Shown: one piece after another, positions 19,147 through 28,127 of the stretch
Layout of the letters: every line of letters begins with the position of its first letter
How positions within the stretch are numbered: position 1 is the stretch's first letter
Assembly (NCBI GenBank): GCA_963827165.1
Contig: CAWGZR010000005.1
Coordinates: forward strand, 1-64,000
Length of the DNA stretch: 64,000 bases
Direction: 5' to 3'
From: Candidatus Bathyarchaeota archaeon
GTDB taxonomy: Archaea; Thermoproteota; Bathyarchaeia; Bathyarchaeales; Bathycorpusculaceae
Notes under the pieces: generated by a model
The model's input: the letters and a program-made list of their open reading frames with translations, nothing else
Databases searched by the model: none
What the model was told of the DNA's origin: nothing
Position numbers and translations under genes: made by a program

Positions 19147-19893
19147 TTAGCTTAAAAACGGGTTATAATAGGTTATTTTAGAGTACTTGCTTTTTTTGTA
19201 AACAAGATATCCCAATATTGCGCCGACAACGGCACCAAAAATCGGGTTAAGAATCCAAAACGCAAAAGTCCAAAAGGTAGGATAACTTAATGACGTTCTA
19301 ACTCGCCCAAAAATCTCCACAAGTCCCACCATAATTAGCCCGCCTCCAAAAAAGCCGAATGGCACTCCTATTGTAGCTCCGAGGAAAACATAGGAAATCT
19401 CGGCACCAACCATCTGGCTTTTTGGAGACCATTTAGCTCTTACTTCCCGCATCTTATAAGAAGTGTAGGCTAAAATGATGGCGAGAAATAAACCGATGAT
19501 ACCTATAAGCAAATTTCCAAAACTAACTAATCCAAACGAGTAAAGTATGGAAAAAACAAGGGCTGCACCGACCCCAAGCAGCGCTACTCTAAACCAGAAT
19601 TGACTTATCACTAGCATTTCACTCTCTGCTCGGCTTACGCCTTCTGGAAATTCGACTAAAAGCTTAGCGGCAATAAGACCCTTATCAGTCAATGAATACT
19701 TGTTATCACTGGTCTTTGACAAAAGACCGTTAAGAACTTTCAAGTGATAGTTCATCTTTCCGGTACTGCTGATCCCTAATTCCTTCATTAGCTCCGTGTA
19801 GCCAATGTCACCTCTTTCGTGAAGCAAAAGGATAGTTCTTTGTCTTGTGCTGTCTTTCAAGATCTTAAACAGCCGAGCTAATTCTGAAGTCAT
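19147..19893 (-). CDS. wHTH + 4-TM membrane regulator inserted as a moron in the tail operon
   Basis: LFKILKDSTRQRTILLL...YTELMKELGISSTGKMNYHLKVL plus four hydrophobic helices; own palindrome GACTAA-N4-TTAGTC at 19932-19947. Confidence 0.85.
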   Translation of the reverse strand: MTSELARLFKILKDSTRQRTILLLHERGDIGYTELMKELGISSTGKMNYHLKVLNGLLSKTSDNKYSLTDKGLIAAKLLVEFPEGVSRAESEMLVISQFWFRVALLGVGAALVFSILYSFGLVSFGNLLIGIIGLFLAIILAYTSYKMREVRAKWSPKSQMVGAEISYVFLGATIGVPFGFFGGGLIMVGLVEIFGRVRTSLSYPTFWTFAFWILNPIFGAVVGAILGYLVYKKSKYSKITYYNPFLS

Positions 19894-19995
19894 AGGCTTT
19901 TACTTATTATCATTTGAATTTAAGTTCTCTTGACTAAAAAATTAGTCCTCATTAGCAAATTTATCCATGCCTCATTTGTGTCAAATTATCGAGGG

Positions 19996-20178
19996 CTATC
20001 CTTCTGATAATTTACGATACCAAATCGCGGATTGGATCAAAAATTCAAGTTGAAAATTAGTCAAGCTTGCCGCGTACTCTAGGGTGTAGTGGTAGAGGTT
20101 GACGACGGCGGCGATCCGCTGGGCTTCGCTGCTCCAGTAGATCCAGTCATTGACCGCCTCACCTGACGCGGTAAAAAA
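19996..20178 (-). CDS. -1 frameshift extension of the tail chaperone (gpGT-like)
   Basis: T TTT TTA at 20172-20178; -1 frame reads TASGEAVNDWIYWSSEAQRIAAVVNLYHYTLEYAASLTNFQLEFLIQSAIWYRKLSEG*. Confidence 0.8.
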   Translation of the reverse strand, partial: FFTASGEAVNDWIYWSSEAQRIAAVVNLYHYTLEYAASLTNFQLEFLIQSAIWYRKLSEG

Positions 20179-20534
20179 CCCTCATTAAGCAAAGCCTTCT
20201 CCAGGGCACGCACCAAATCCCAAGGCGCATCACGCAGATCCTTCTCTGTTAAGTCTGGGTAGCAGGGCTTCATCATTTTTAGAAGTGCCTGCAATTCAAA
20301 TTCGCGCTGATCATCCTTGTAAAACTTCGCCAAATCGCTCAGCTCGTTATGTGTAAGTAATACGAATTTGACCCAGCCGGCGCCAGGCACATTAGCCTCC
20401 TGCGGAACCTTACTACTCTTAAGCAGGCCTACGCTAAAGTTTTTGAAACGCTCTTTCTGCTCAGCCTCGTACTCGTTGAATGCGGCCTTAAGTTTCTCGA
20501 AACCTTCACTGTCAAATTTTTCTTCACTCATCAA
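20079..20534 (-). CDS. tail assembly chaperone (gpG-like)
   Basis: Between tail tube and TMP; slippery GGT TTT TTA near the 3' end. Confidence 0.8.
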   Translation of the reverse strand: MMSEEKFDSEGFEKLKAAFNEYEAEQKERFKNFSVGLLKSSKVPQEANVPGAGWVKFVLLTHNELSDLAKFYKDDQREFELQALLKMMKPCYPDLTEKDLRDAPWDLVRALEKALLNEGFLPRQVRRSMTGSTGAAKPSGSPPSSTSTTTP

Positions 20535-20601
20535 ATCACCTCATTAATAATTTCTAATTTTTGGATAAGAAAATTGAAAAAACAAAGAGAAGGAAAAGGC
20601 A

Positions 20602-21033
20602 CTAGAAAGTGCTTGTGGCCACACTTTGTGCTTCACCGCTGATGTCGTTTGCAATGGTGCCTTTCTGCCCGTTTTTCACATTGTAAGCTGTTAAGACAAC
20701 GTTGCTCAAAGTGATTTTTGGAGTTCCGGATCCTGTAGACGTTCCTTGTGGACCCCAAATAACCGTCACCAAAGTGCCGTTGAGAACATCTGTTAGCAGT
20801 GCTGCATAGTTTGCTGGAACGTAAAGAGCCGAAGCTTTGAACGTGTAGGATTGGTTACCGCTTGCCGTGAAAGCTGGCGATGGAGAACCACCTGAAGCGC
20901 AAACGTATTCCTTTATCATTTCTGCTTTAACATCCATAGTGAAGTCAGTTAGAAAGCCGATTGCCGCGCCGCCCACCTGGACAACGGCATTTCGGCTTAG
21001 AACTGGCGTAGTTGCTAAACTCAAATTTTTCAC
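20602..21033 (-). CDS. major tail tube protein; true start probably TTG near 21024
   Basis: Beta-rich 143-aa ORF directly upstream of the chaperone. Confidence 0.75.
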   Translation of the reverse strand: MKNLSLATTPVLSRNAVVQVGGAAIGFLTDFTMDVKAEMIKEYVCASGGSPSPAFTASGNQSYTFKASALYVPANYAALLTDVLNGTLVTVIWGPQGTSTGSGTPKITLSNVVLTAYNVKNGQKGTIANDISGEAQSVATSTF

Positions 21034-21060
21034 CTCGATTACAATGGTTACTTAAAACCG

Positions 21061-21423
21061 TTAACCTTGAAGTAAATCCATGATTTGCTGCTCAATCTCA
21101 GGTGCTAACTCGCTAAGATGCTGATTGACTGAGTTTGTTAGGAATAGCCGTGCAGACATTTTCTTTGTTCCGAACTCCACATAATAGGCATATGGAGCTG
21201 TGGCTTTGACTTTAATTTGAAATTTGCTTGGCTGTTCGATTGCTATGGTGCTTTTCAAATAGCCTGTTCTGACTGGAACTAGCGTATTTGCTGTAGCCAA
21301 AATATCCTGGGCCACGTTTAGCATTCCAACGGCAACAGCTTCTGGGTACTGTTCACAAAGGCAGTTCAAGCAATTCCTTTTGGCATCAAAATTCGTCAAA
21401 CTAACCTTAATAGAAATGCTCAT
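21061..21423 (-). CDS. HK97 gp10-like tail completion protein
   Basis: VPVRTGYLKSTI...APYAYYVEFGTKKMSARLFL signature. Confidence 0.9.
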   Translation of the reverse strand: MSISIKVSLTNFDAKRNCLNCLCEQYPEAVAVGMLNVAQDILATANTLVPVRTGYLKSTIAIEQPSKFQIKVKATAPYAYYVEFGTKKMSARLFLTNSVNQHLSELAPEIEQQIMDLLQG

Positions 21424-21445
21424 GTCTTTTTCACCTGAATGCGGC

Positions 21446-21565
21446 TCAAGCTATTTTTGTCACTCTGTGCTCTACAAGGACCTGAGCACCGTTTTTGTAA
21501 GTCACAGTCCAAGAGCTAAATTTCGTCTTAAATTTCTGGTTTGCCGCCCTTTTTGATTCTGCCAT
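21446..21565 (-). CDS. 39-aa basic viral protein (below the ORF track cutoff)
   Basis: MAESKRAANQKFKTKFSSWTVTYKNGAQVLVEHRVTKIA*; AGGTGA SD; fills the operon gap. Confidence 0.6.
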   Translation of the reverse strand: MAESKRAANQKFKTKFSSWTVTYKNGAQVLVEHRVTKIA

Positions 21566-21581
21566 TCAATTCACCTGCCTA

Positions 21582-22019
21582 TTAACTTGAAATGCTGAAG
21601 TAAACGGCGTCAACATTGATCATAACGCGGGTAACTTCAGTTGCGTTACTATGAATCGGCTCTCCGGTTACCGCATAATTTGGATCTTGCAGGTGTATAA
21701 TGCGATTAACCTCAGCCTGCAAGGCCTCCAAGGTTGATTCTGCAGCGGCTAAATCAGTCGAGCTTTGACTGGCGTTAACAACAATTATGTCGACAACAAG
21801 TTTTTCCGTGACGAGGTAACATTCGCGACTAAGTGCGTCAACTTGCTTGCTTGGGCTCGCGTTGTAGACGGCTATCTGTAATTGTCCTTTTCCCTGAGTA
21901 ATCCCAATAGCATCTAACCGCGTCGATGGCCACATAATATTCGCGGCGGCCACCGGATTTGATAGCCCCCAATTCTCCTTTAGCAACTCTGAAACTGCCA
22001 AGGCCTGATTAGTTGACAT
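21582..22019 (-). CDS. tail terminator/completion protein
   Basis: 145 aa; position in the neck/tail block. Confidence 0.6.
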   Translation of the reverse strand: MSTNQALAVSELLKENWGLSNPVAAANIMWPSTRLDAIGITQGKGQLQIAVYNASPSKQVDALSRECYLVTEKLVVDIIVVNASQSSTDLAAAESTLEALQAEVNRIIHLQDPNYAVTGEPIHSNATEVTRVMINVDAVYFSISS

Positions 22020-22124
22020 CTAATTTTTTCTCCGCCTTCTGCCGAAATAATAAAGAATCCAACCTACCACGAAAAGCGCTATAGCAACGGGAATAAGCAG
22101 AAGCCTCAGTTTTCGCTTTGCCAT
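22020..22124 (-). CDS. 34-aa single-TM viral protein
   Basis: MAKRKLRLLLIPVAIALFVVGWILYYFGRRRRKN*; fills the gap between adaptor and terminator almost exactly. Confidence 0.65.
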   Translation of the reverse strand: MAKRKLRLLLIPVAIALFVVGWILYYFGRRRRKN

Positions 22125-22126
22125 TC

Positions 22127-22588
22127 CTAACGCCACCGTTCTTTGTAATGTGGGACTTCATTTCCTAGGCGGGCTTGAGCACTTACTGCTCCAGTTGAAA
22201 GATTCGCCATATTTCGAGTAAAACTGTCTTGGAAGCTTTGCACTGCGCTTTCAAATGAGAATTTTCCAATGGTGCCTTTAGTTACAAACAAGTCGCCGAG
22301 CTTGTAATCTGCCGCGCCCAAAAGCATTCCGCCACTTGCCGCAACTAAAACGGCCATGCATGCAAGGTCAAGTGCGGCTAACTGCGCGAACGGGTAACGC
22401 GGATCCGTCGATGTTACACTGGGCGCGAAGCTGCCAATGTAAGTGTTCGCGTGATCAACGTATGCTTGGACGCTGTTGCTTGAAACAGAAAGCCCGTAAA
22501 CAAGATAATTGCTGTTTCCATCAGGTCCCGTCGCATTTAGAAAGCCGATAACTTCCTCTAGCGAAGTGAAAGCTGGATAAGTTGACAT
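22127..22588 (-). CDS. head-tail adaptor protein
   Basis: Directly after MCP; FTSLEEV N-terminus, ADYKLGDLFV. Confidence 0.7.
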   Translation of the reverse strand: MSTYPAFTSLEEVIGFLNATGPDGNSNYLVYGLSVSSNSVQAYVDHANTYIGSFAPSVTSTDPRYPFAQLAALDLACMAVLVAASGGMLLGAADYKLGDLFVTKGTIGKFSFESAVQSFQDSFTRNMANLSTGAVSAQARLGNEVPHYKERWR

Positions 22589-22618
22589 GAAAAGTCTCCG
22601 TGAATTTGTTAATTTGAA

Positions 22619-22653
22619 GCCGGCTTTACGGTTCCAGACTTAAAAAACTGGAG
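22619..22653 (-). promoter_or_regulatory. double-hairpin element, copy B (downstream of MCP)
   Basis: CTCCAGTTTTTTAAGTCTGGAACCGTAAAGCCGGC. Confidence 0.6.
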
Positions 22654-22668
22654 CAAACAAATAATCGT

Positions 22669-23568
22669 TTAACTGGTTGCATAGCCCGTAGATTTGCATA
22701 TACAGAAGCCGTTTGCGACGTAGGGTGTCTTGCGGTAGCTTGTGAACGGGATAATTTTTCGTAGCCGTTTCTGGATGTCGATGTCGGTTGTGATTTCTTG
22801 TTTGGTTACCATGAAACCCATGGGTGCGTAGTTGTTGTTTGGGTTTTGGCCGTCGCTGATGCCGTAAACTGTGCCAGCTGGAACAAGATTGCTGACGAGC
22901 AGTGTCCATATGCCGAGTTTTTGTTCAACTTCATTGGTGAGAGGGTTGGTGACTTCGCGGAATAAGTTGGGGTAAGGCAAGTTACGCAGCGATTCTTCTT
23001 GGATCGGGTTGATTGCAATGTATTTCATTATGAAGTTGTGCTGTTTTATGAGTCGGTTCATTTTGTTTAGGTCTTCAAGGCCTACGCCGCCGCTGACAGT
23101 TATTGTTGAGCCTGTGACGCTGATTGTGTTTCCCGTGCCTGCAAAAGAGTTGCCGTTCGCTGCCCCCGCGCCATCTATAGCGGTCCAACTGTCTAGCTCT
23201 ATTTGATACATCGTGCGGAAGGCCAGACGCATCATTTGAGTGTCGACCACTCCGAGTTCGAAGTCAGTGATCATTTCTATTGGGATTTCAACCTCTTCGC
23301 CGTAAGTATCCGGGGTGATGCTCACACTTGTTAATGGGGTGAAGTCTAATACTGCGGGTGCTGAGATGCCTTTGCGTTGAATGCCGATTGCGACGTTGCC
23401 TGCTTCTTTCACATAGGTTCGAGTGCGTCCTTTGATAATTGGGTCTGGAACAAAGAGCTTGGCAAATATCATGGCGTTGGTTGCCATCTGCAGGATTTTT
23501 TGGTGTAGCTCTGGATATTGAATGGCTGGGCTATCATCCATTGTTACTTGATCTGGTGCAAAACTCAT
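22669..23568 (-). CDS. major capsid protein (HK97 fold)
   Basis: 299 aa; TYGEEVEIPIEMITD, YIAINPIQ, LLVSNLVPAGTVY patterns; gene order. Confidence 0.85.
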   Translation of the reverse strand: MSFAPDQVTMDDSPAIQYPELHQKILQMATNAMIFAKLFVPDPIIKGRTRTYVKEAGNVAIGIQRKGISAPAVLDFTPLTSVSITPDTYGEEVEIPIEMITDFELGVVDTQMMRLAFRTMYQIELDSWTAIDGAGAANGNSFAGTGNTISVTGSTITVSGGVGLEDLNKMNRLIKQHNFIMKYIAINPIQEESLRNLPYPNLFREVTNPLTNEVEQKLGIWTLLVSNLVPAGTVYGISDGQNPNNNYAPMGFMVTKQEITTDIDIQKRLRKIIPFTSYRKTPYVANGFCICKSTGYATS

Positions 23569-23603
23569 TTCTTGATTTCTCCTTTATTTTTTATTTAGAA
23601 TTT

Positions 23604-23638
23604 CTCGACTTGACGAGTCCAAACTTGAAAGATTGGAG
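23604..23638 (-). promoter_or_regulatory. double-hairpin element, copy A (upstream of MCP)
   Basis: CTCCAATCTTTCAAGTTTGGACTCGTCAAGTCGAG. Confidence 0.6.
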
Positions 23639-23639
23639 T

Positions 23640-24008
23640 TTAGGGAATGACTATTGCTTGTCCGCCGTTAGATGCGCCTGTGTCGCATAGGCAGTGTTTG
23701 GTTGTTGGCGTGTTGTTGGTTACTCCTACTCCGCCTGCAGCTGAGATTACTAAGTCGCCTGGGTTGATTGTGCCGCTGGCTGTGATTCTGGCTTTTACTT
23801 TGCCAGTCATTACTGTGCAGATTTTGCCTGCTGCTGCGCCGACTTTAACGATGCCGACCCATTCTTGTGCTCCTGTGGTTGGGGAAACCGTGCCGGGTCC
23901 GCTAATGTAGACGAACTGTCCTGCTGTGACGCCGCCTGTGCCTGCGATAAACGAGAGATCGGTTGAAGACGGCTGTTGTACGAGAGGGCCTGAATTTTCG
24001 AATGACAT
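23640..24008 (-). CDS. capsid decoration/cement protein (DUF2190-like)
   Basis: Gly/Ala-rich, ASGTINPGDLVISAAGG; adjacent to MCP. Confidence 0.75.
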   Translation of the reverse strand: MSFENSGPLVQQPSSTDLSFIAGTGGVTAGQFVYISGPGTVSPTTGAQEWVGIVKVGAAAGKICTVMTGKVKARITASGTINPGDLVISAAGGVGVTNNTPTTKHCLCDTGASNGGQAIVIP

Positions 24009-24009
24009 T

Positions 24010-25092
24010 TTACTGCATGCCTCCTTGTGTTACCTGGGCGTCAAAGGTTCGTTTCTTTTGTGCGGCTGCTGCAAGCTCTTTGAAGTAGGGTGGCACTGCC
24101 ACCATTCCTGGCTGAGCCTTCTGTGGTTCCAAGTGTTCGTTTAGGATTCCTGCGACTCCTTTCCCGGGCGTACGTTGCTTTAGTGCTAGTTTTATGGTTT
24201 CGTCGACTTTAGCTGCGATCGCGGCGGTTTCCAGTTTGACTGCTTCTCTTGCGGCTTCGACTGCTTTTGTTACTGCTTCGGCTGAGGCTTTGTTGCATGC
24301 TTCTGATAGGTTGTTTACGTGCTTTTCCATCATTGCCTTTATGGCTTCTGCATCTAAGGGTTGATTTGTTGACAATTTTCTCTCCTCCGAATTTTTCTTT
24401 TCGTTTTTTTGGTTAGCTCCCTTGTGGGAGTGTTCCTGGGAATTACAACTTAAACAACTAAGGGTCAAAGCGCTTGCACATAGCCCACATGGAACTTTTT
24501 CCTGTGCCAATAGCGCTTTTCTGATGACTTCTTGTTGGTCCACTTTCATGGCAGCCGCAAAGCCAACGGGCTTAAACTTGGCGTGCTCATATGCACCTAT
24601 TGAGACAATGCTCAACTCGACAAGGCGTGGATGGCGCATGATTTCCCAAGCACCCCGGCAAATGTGCACCAAATTCATTTGGTCGTCTCTTGAGCGTGAT
24701 CCACATAAGCTGCAGTAAGCTTCTCCAAGAATTCGTGGGCTAACGCTGTTAACGTATTCTCGCTCGATTTTCGCGAGCAGTTCCTCATCGCCGCTCACTT
24801 CACCTTCAAAAGGTACAACGATTCTACCGTCAACCGAGGCCTGAGGCAAGTGCAAAATGTTGATGACGCCTTTGATGTCTTCCACTCGGTCGCCATGATC
24901 AACACGTATCTGAGCGTTTTGGCTGTTAGTCACAAAATACGGCAGTTCTTCAGCGGGGACCTGCCAACTATTCGCGTTAACTGTGTCGTCGATGGCTGTG
25001 CCTTGAATGAGCAGGACTTTGCCGTCAGGGCTTCTCTTGAAAGTGACGGGCACATTGTAGTCTAGATGAATGTTGGGTTTAGAAGCGCTCAT
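24010..25092 (-). CDS. prohead protease fused to scaffold
   Basis: IRVDH, VNSVSP, CSLCG..HIC, VELSIVSIGAYEHAKF; Ala/Lys/Glu-rich helical C-terminus. Confidence 0.85.
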   Translation of the reverse strand: MSASKPNIHLDYNVPVTFKRSPDGKVLLIQGTAIDDTVNANSWQVPAEELPYFVTNSQNAQIRVDHGDRVEDIKGVINILHLPQASVDGRIVVPFEGEVSGDEELLAKIEREYVNSVSPRILGEAYCSLCGSRSRDDQMNLVHICRGAWEIMRHPRLVELSIVSIGAYEHAKFKPVGFAAAMKVDQQEVIRKALLAQEKVPCGLCASALTLSCLSCNSQEHSHKGANQKNEKKNSEERKLSTNQPLDAEAIKAMMEKHVNNLSEACNKASAEAVTKAVEAAREAVKLETAAIAAKVDETIKLALKQRTPGKGVAGILNEHLEPQKAQPGMVAVPPYFKELAAAAQKKRTFDAQVTQGGMQ

Positions 25093-25108
25093 TGTTCTCT
25101 CTCTTTAG

Positions 25109-25429
25109 TTACCAGTAAACGTCATGGTCACGAACTACAAGGCAAACACAATTTGGATGCAGATTCACCGCAAAAGTGTCCTCATCAAGCCATTCTCCAT
25201 AAGGAAACATATCCTTCAACTCGTCCGGATCCTTCAGCTCGTAGACATCAGTATTATGGTTCTGGCAGTTCTGGCAAAGATTAGGGCTTGGTTTTAGGCC
25301 TTCAGTTACATAGCGCCAAACAGTGTAGCGGATTGCGGGATTAACGACGGCTGCCTTGAAAGCCTTAAACGCAAGAAAAGCGTTGACTGCATCCTGCATG
25401 TCATTGTCTTGGAATTTCTGAGATAACAT
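25109..25429 (-). CDS. truncated minor head protein (Mu gpF/SPP1 gp7-like C-terminal domain)
   Basis: CQNC...LHPNCVC motif after portal. Confidence 0.75.
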   Translation of the reverse strand: MLSQKFQDNDMQDAVNAFLAFKAFKAAVVNPAIRYTVWRYVTEGLKPSPNLCQNCQNHNTDVYELKDPDELKDMFPYGEWLDEDTFAVNLHPNCVCLVVRDHDVYW

Positions 25430-26873
25430 AGCTTTTCCCGTTCATGCTGATCTGTCTTTGAGAAGCCTTTAGTTGTGGAGAAAGCTGCGATGCACCGCTT
25501 TTGCTGACGGCGTCGTCGGGCATTGCTTGGTCGTAACTTTGACGCATAGTTGCCAGGTTACCCCAGACTTCTTCAGGCAACCCAAGTTTTGCTCGGGCTT
25601 CTAGATCTCCGGTTAGGCCTGCTTGGAAGAGTGCAATTTGTTGGTCAACCAAAACGTCTGCTGCGGGCTCCCAGATTGGTCGCCACTTTATCTTTGGAAT
25701 CTTATCCGAGGTTATGAGCGATCCCGGAAAGTCACCTTGCAGGATAGCTGGGAACAACTCCGTTTCGTAAGTGTACTTTATGTGTTCCTGTCGCATGCGA
25801 AGGCGGGTGACGAATTCCTGCATAACTATGTCAGCGGTTGATCTGTTTGCGTTTTCAATTTCTCCTAAAAACAACTTGGGAACGCCTAACTGTGCGTTAC
25901 GTTGAGTTAGCAGGTAGTTTAGCCACCATTCAACCCGCAAGCCGCGAGTCATGCTGTCAATAGGTATTGGAGTTACGTCGTGTTTGAACGCGAGGTCAGT
26001 TCCTTGCTGGCGTTCAGCCATGCCATCGATAAATGCCTGCAGTTTAGTGTCAGACCACTCGGCCTTTTCTGTCCCACATTGATACGCAAGGATGGGTTTG
26101 GTGTAAATCTTCATGATGGTTGCCATGTCATGCTGGAAATCATCGGTAAGCGCCTGAATCAGCAAGGTGCTTCTTAGCAGGCTAACGCCATAAGCGCTGT
26201 TGTACCTGCCCGAACCTTGATTGTGCAAAGTACGCAAGATGTCTTGGGGCTCAAAAATTGCAGGAGGCACAGAGAGCAACTGAATGTAGCCGAAAACGTT
26301 CATGTAAGCGTCTCGGCGAATCCGGACATAAAGAGGATCCAGAGGCTTTAGCCACTCGACCCGCTGGTTATCTTCATCTCGGCAAAGCTCAGTGACGCTA
26401 AAGCCGTTAACCAAAGCATTGTTTTCTTGAATACGGGCAACAGATGGAACGTTATGGGAATCCAGCCACTCGCTCAAATAATCGTTGAATGTAGAGTTGC
26501 CGCCTTCCAGCTCAAGCCAATTGCTAACAGTCAAGTTAACGCGGACGTCCACTGCTGCAGCAATGTATGGGTTGTACTCGTAGAGGGCTTGCAGTTTCGG
26601 CAGATCATCAACCGGTGTGATTCCCCAAATTCTATCATACAAGCTGCTGTAAGGCGGAGTGACAAAGCCTATTCCAGCACTTTTCAAAGTGTACCTACTC
26701 AGGTACTCTTGCAGAACCGCATCCCGAGTGGACCTAAATGGGATCTCTTGCTCAATTTGTTGCTTCGCCGTATCTTCTGCCACATTGCGCATGGGATTTG
26801 GCAACGAGTTATTTCGTGGGGCAGGGAGGATTTTGCTTGTGACCTGTCCAAAAGCGGCTCTGAAGTTTACCAT
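25401..26873 (-). CDS. portal protein
   Basis: LKPLDP, AYGVSLL, LGVPKLFLG..NANRSTA motifs; follows TerL. Confidence 0.9.
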   Translation of the reverse strand: MVNFRAAFGQVTSKILPAPRNNSLPNPMRNVAEDTAKQQIEQEIPFRSTRDAVLQEYLSRYTLKSAGIGFVTPPYSSLYDRIWGITPVDDLPKLQALYEYNPYIAAAVDVRVNLTVSNWLELEGGNSTFNDYLSEWLDSHNVPSVARIQENNALVNGFSVTELCRDEDNQRVEWLKPLDPLYVRIRRDAYMNVFGYIQLLSVPPAIFEPQDILRTLHNQGSGRYNSAYGVSLLRSTLLIQALTDDFQHDMATIMKIYTKPILAYQCGTEKAEWSDTKLQAFIDGMAERQQGTDLAFKHDVTPIPIDSMTRGLRVEWWLNYLLTQRNAQLGVPKLFLGEIENANRSTADIVMQEFVTRLRMRQEHIKYTYETELFPAILQGDFPGSLITSDKIPKIKWRPIWEPAADVLVDQQIALFQAGLTGDLEARAKLGLPEEVWGNLATMRQSYDQAMPDDAVSKSGASQLSPQLKASQRQISMNGKSYVISEIPRQ

Positions 26874-26888
26874 TTACTGAGTACATCC

Positions 26889-28127
26889 TTAATGTCTGTT
26901 CGGGAATGCAATTCCGACGCCTGATGATGGTGAGGGTGAGCGTTTTAGTTGCCAAGCGGCTAATGCGAGAGCGATAACTGCGTCGTCGTGGTAGCCTTCA
27001 GGTGCTCCATATTGGACGTTGCCGCTTCGAGTGGTTTTGTAGCCGTACAGCTTAAGCTCGTTAATCAAAACAGGAATTGCTGGAATTGTGAGCTGGTGGT
27101 TTTCAATCATTATGCTTAGGTTTTCTATGAGGTCTTTTTTTGTGGCATTAGTAAATTTGTAGCCGCCCACATGCACTTTCTCTCGGCAAAGCTCATCTTC
27201 AATTGGGTCACCGACTCCGGTGCTGTCAATTAGCAAACGGGCATCATAGTTCTGGGCCAGTTGAACGATACGTTTTCTTTGAAACACCCAATCCAACTCA
27301 TTGAACCTGTCAAAGGCAACCAAGTGACCGTCAATATCTAAGACTATTAGAACTGTGAAATCTTCGAGTTTTGCAAGGTCGCCGCCCATGACGTACTTCT
27401 TTTTTGGTTGAGGAAGTTCAAAGTCGCCTTCAACAATGCGATCCACTCCTCGGAAGACACTGCCGACATCTTCTAAGAATTGTGCCAGGACCTCTTGGCG
27501 ATAAGCCAATTCAGGCATATCTCGGGCAAACGAGGCGATTTCGGCTGGATCCAAATATGGGTTGCTTGCACTTGGGAAGCTCCAGCTCTTGTAATCTGGC
27601 TGTTTAGGGTCTTGCCCGCGAGTCCATAGCTGGAAATACCAGTTGTGCCCTCTCGGTGTGCCTGTGAAAAAGGCGATGCCTTTCTCATCCATCAAAGCAG
27701 GCCTAAGAGCAAGTGTCCAGGCTTCCTCTGCAATTTGTGCGCCCTCGTCTACCCAAAGAACCTTTACGCCTTGGCTACGAAGCGAATCGGGGTTGTCGGC
27801 GCTCTTGAACCAAATATGCCGATTGCCCGACAGTATGACGTGACGGTCGGCTCGGTGGATTTCCTCAATTAGCTCACTTGGGCAGTAGTTGAAGAATTCG
27901 CTCCATTGCCGCTGGGTATGCCAATATGTGGGTGCAACCGCGAAGCCGACTATGCCTGTTTTTTCTCTGCCTTTGCCTTGCTGCCACATTTGCCTTATGA
28001 ATTCGTTGGCGCCGCAGACGGTTTTGCCCCAGCGCCTTCCACAGTTGAGCACTCGGAACCTTGCGGGGTGGAAGTGGAAGCTAAGTTGTCCTGGGTGGGC
28101 TTTGTATCGGATGGGGTATATTGTCGT
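26889..28127 (-). CDS. terL: terminase large subunit; frame extends 25 codons upstream of the ORF call to an ACG
   Basis: Walker A CGRRWGKT, LWVDEGA, GTPRG, nuclease GGDLA / IDSTGVG / HDDAVIALA; upstream HPGQ adenine-binding motif in frame. Confidence 0.95.
   Translation of the reverse strand, partial: TTIYPIRYKAHPGQLSFHFHPARFRVLNCGRRWGKTVCGANEFIRQMWQQGKGREKTGIVGFAVAPTYWHTQRQWSEFFNYCPSELIEEIHRADRHVILSGNRHIWFKSADNPDSLRSQGVKVLWVDEGAQIAEEAWTLALRPALMDEKGIAFFTGTPRGHNWYFQLWTRGQDPKQPDYKSWSFPSASNPYLDPAEIASFARDMPELAYRQEVLAQFLEDVGSVFRGVDRIVEGDFELPQPKKKYVMGGDLAKLEDFTVLIVLDIDGHLVAFDRFNELDWVFQRKRIVQLAQNYDARLLIDSTGVGDPIEDELCREKVHVGGYKFTNATKKDLIENLSIMIENHQLTIPAIPVLINELKLYGYKTTRSGNVQYGAPEGYHDDAVIALALAAWQLKRSPSPSSGVGIAFPNRH

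Noticed and set aside
17172-22588. Contractile tail / eCIS / tailocin interpretation
   Set aside because: No sheath or baseplate wedge genes; capsid, portal and terminase are present
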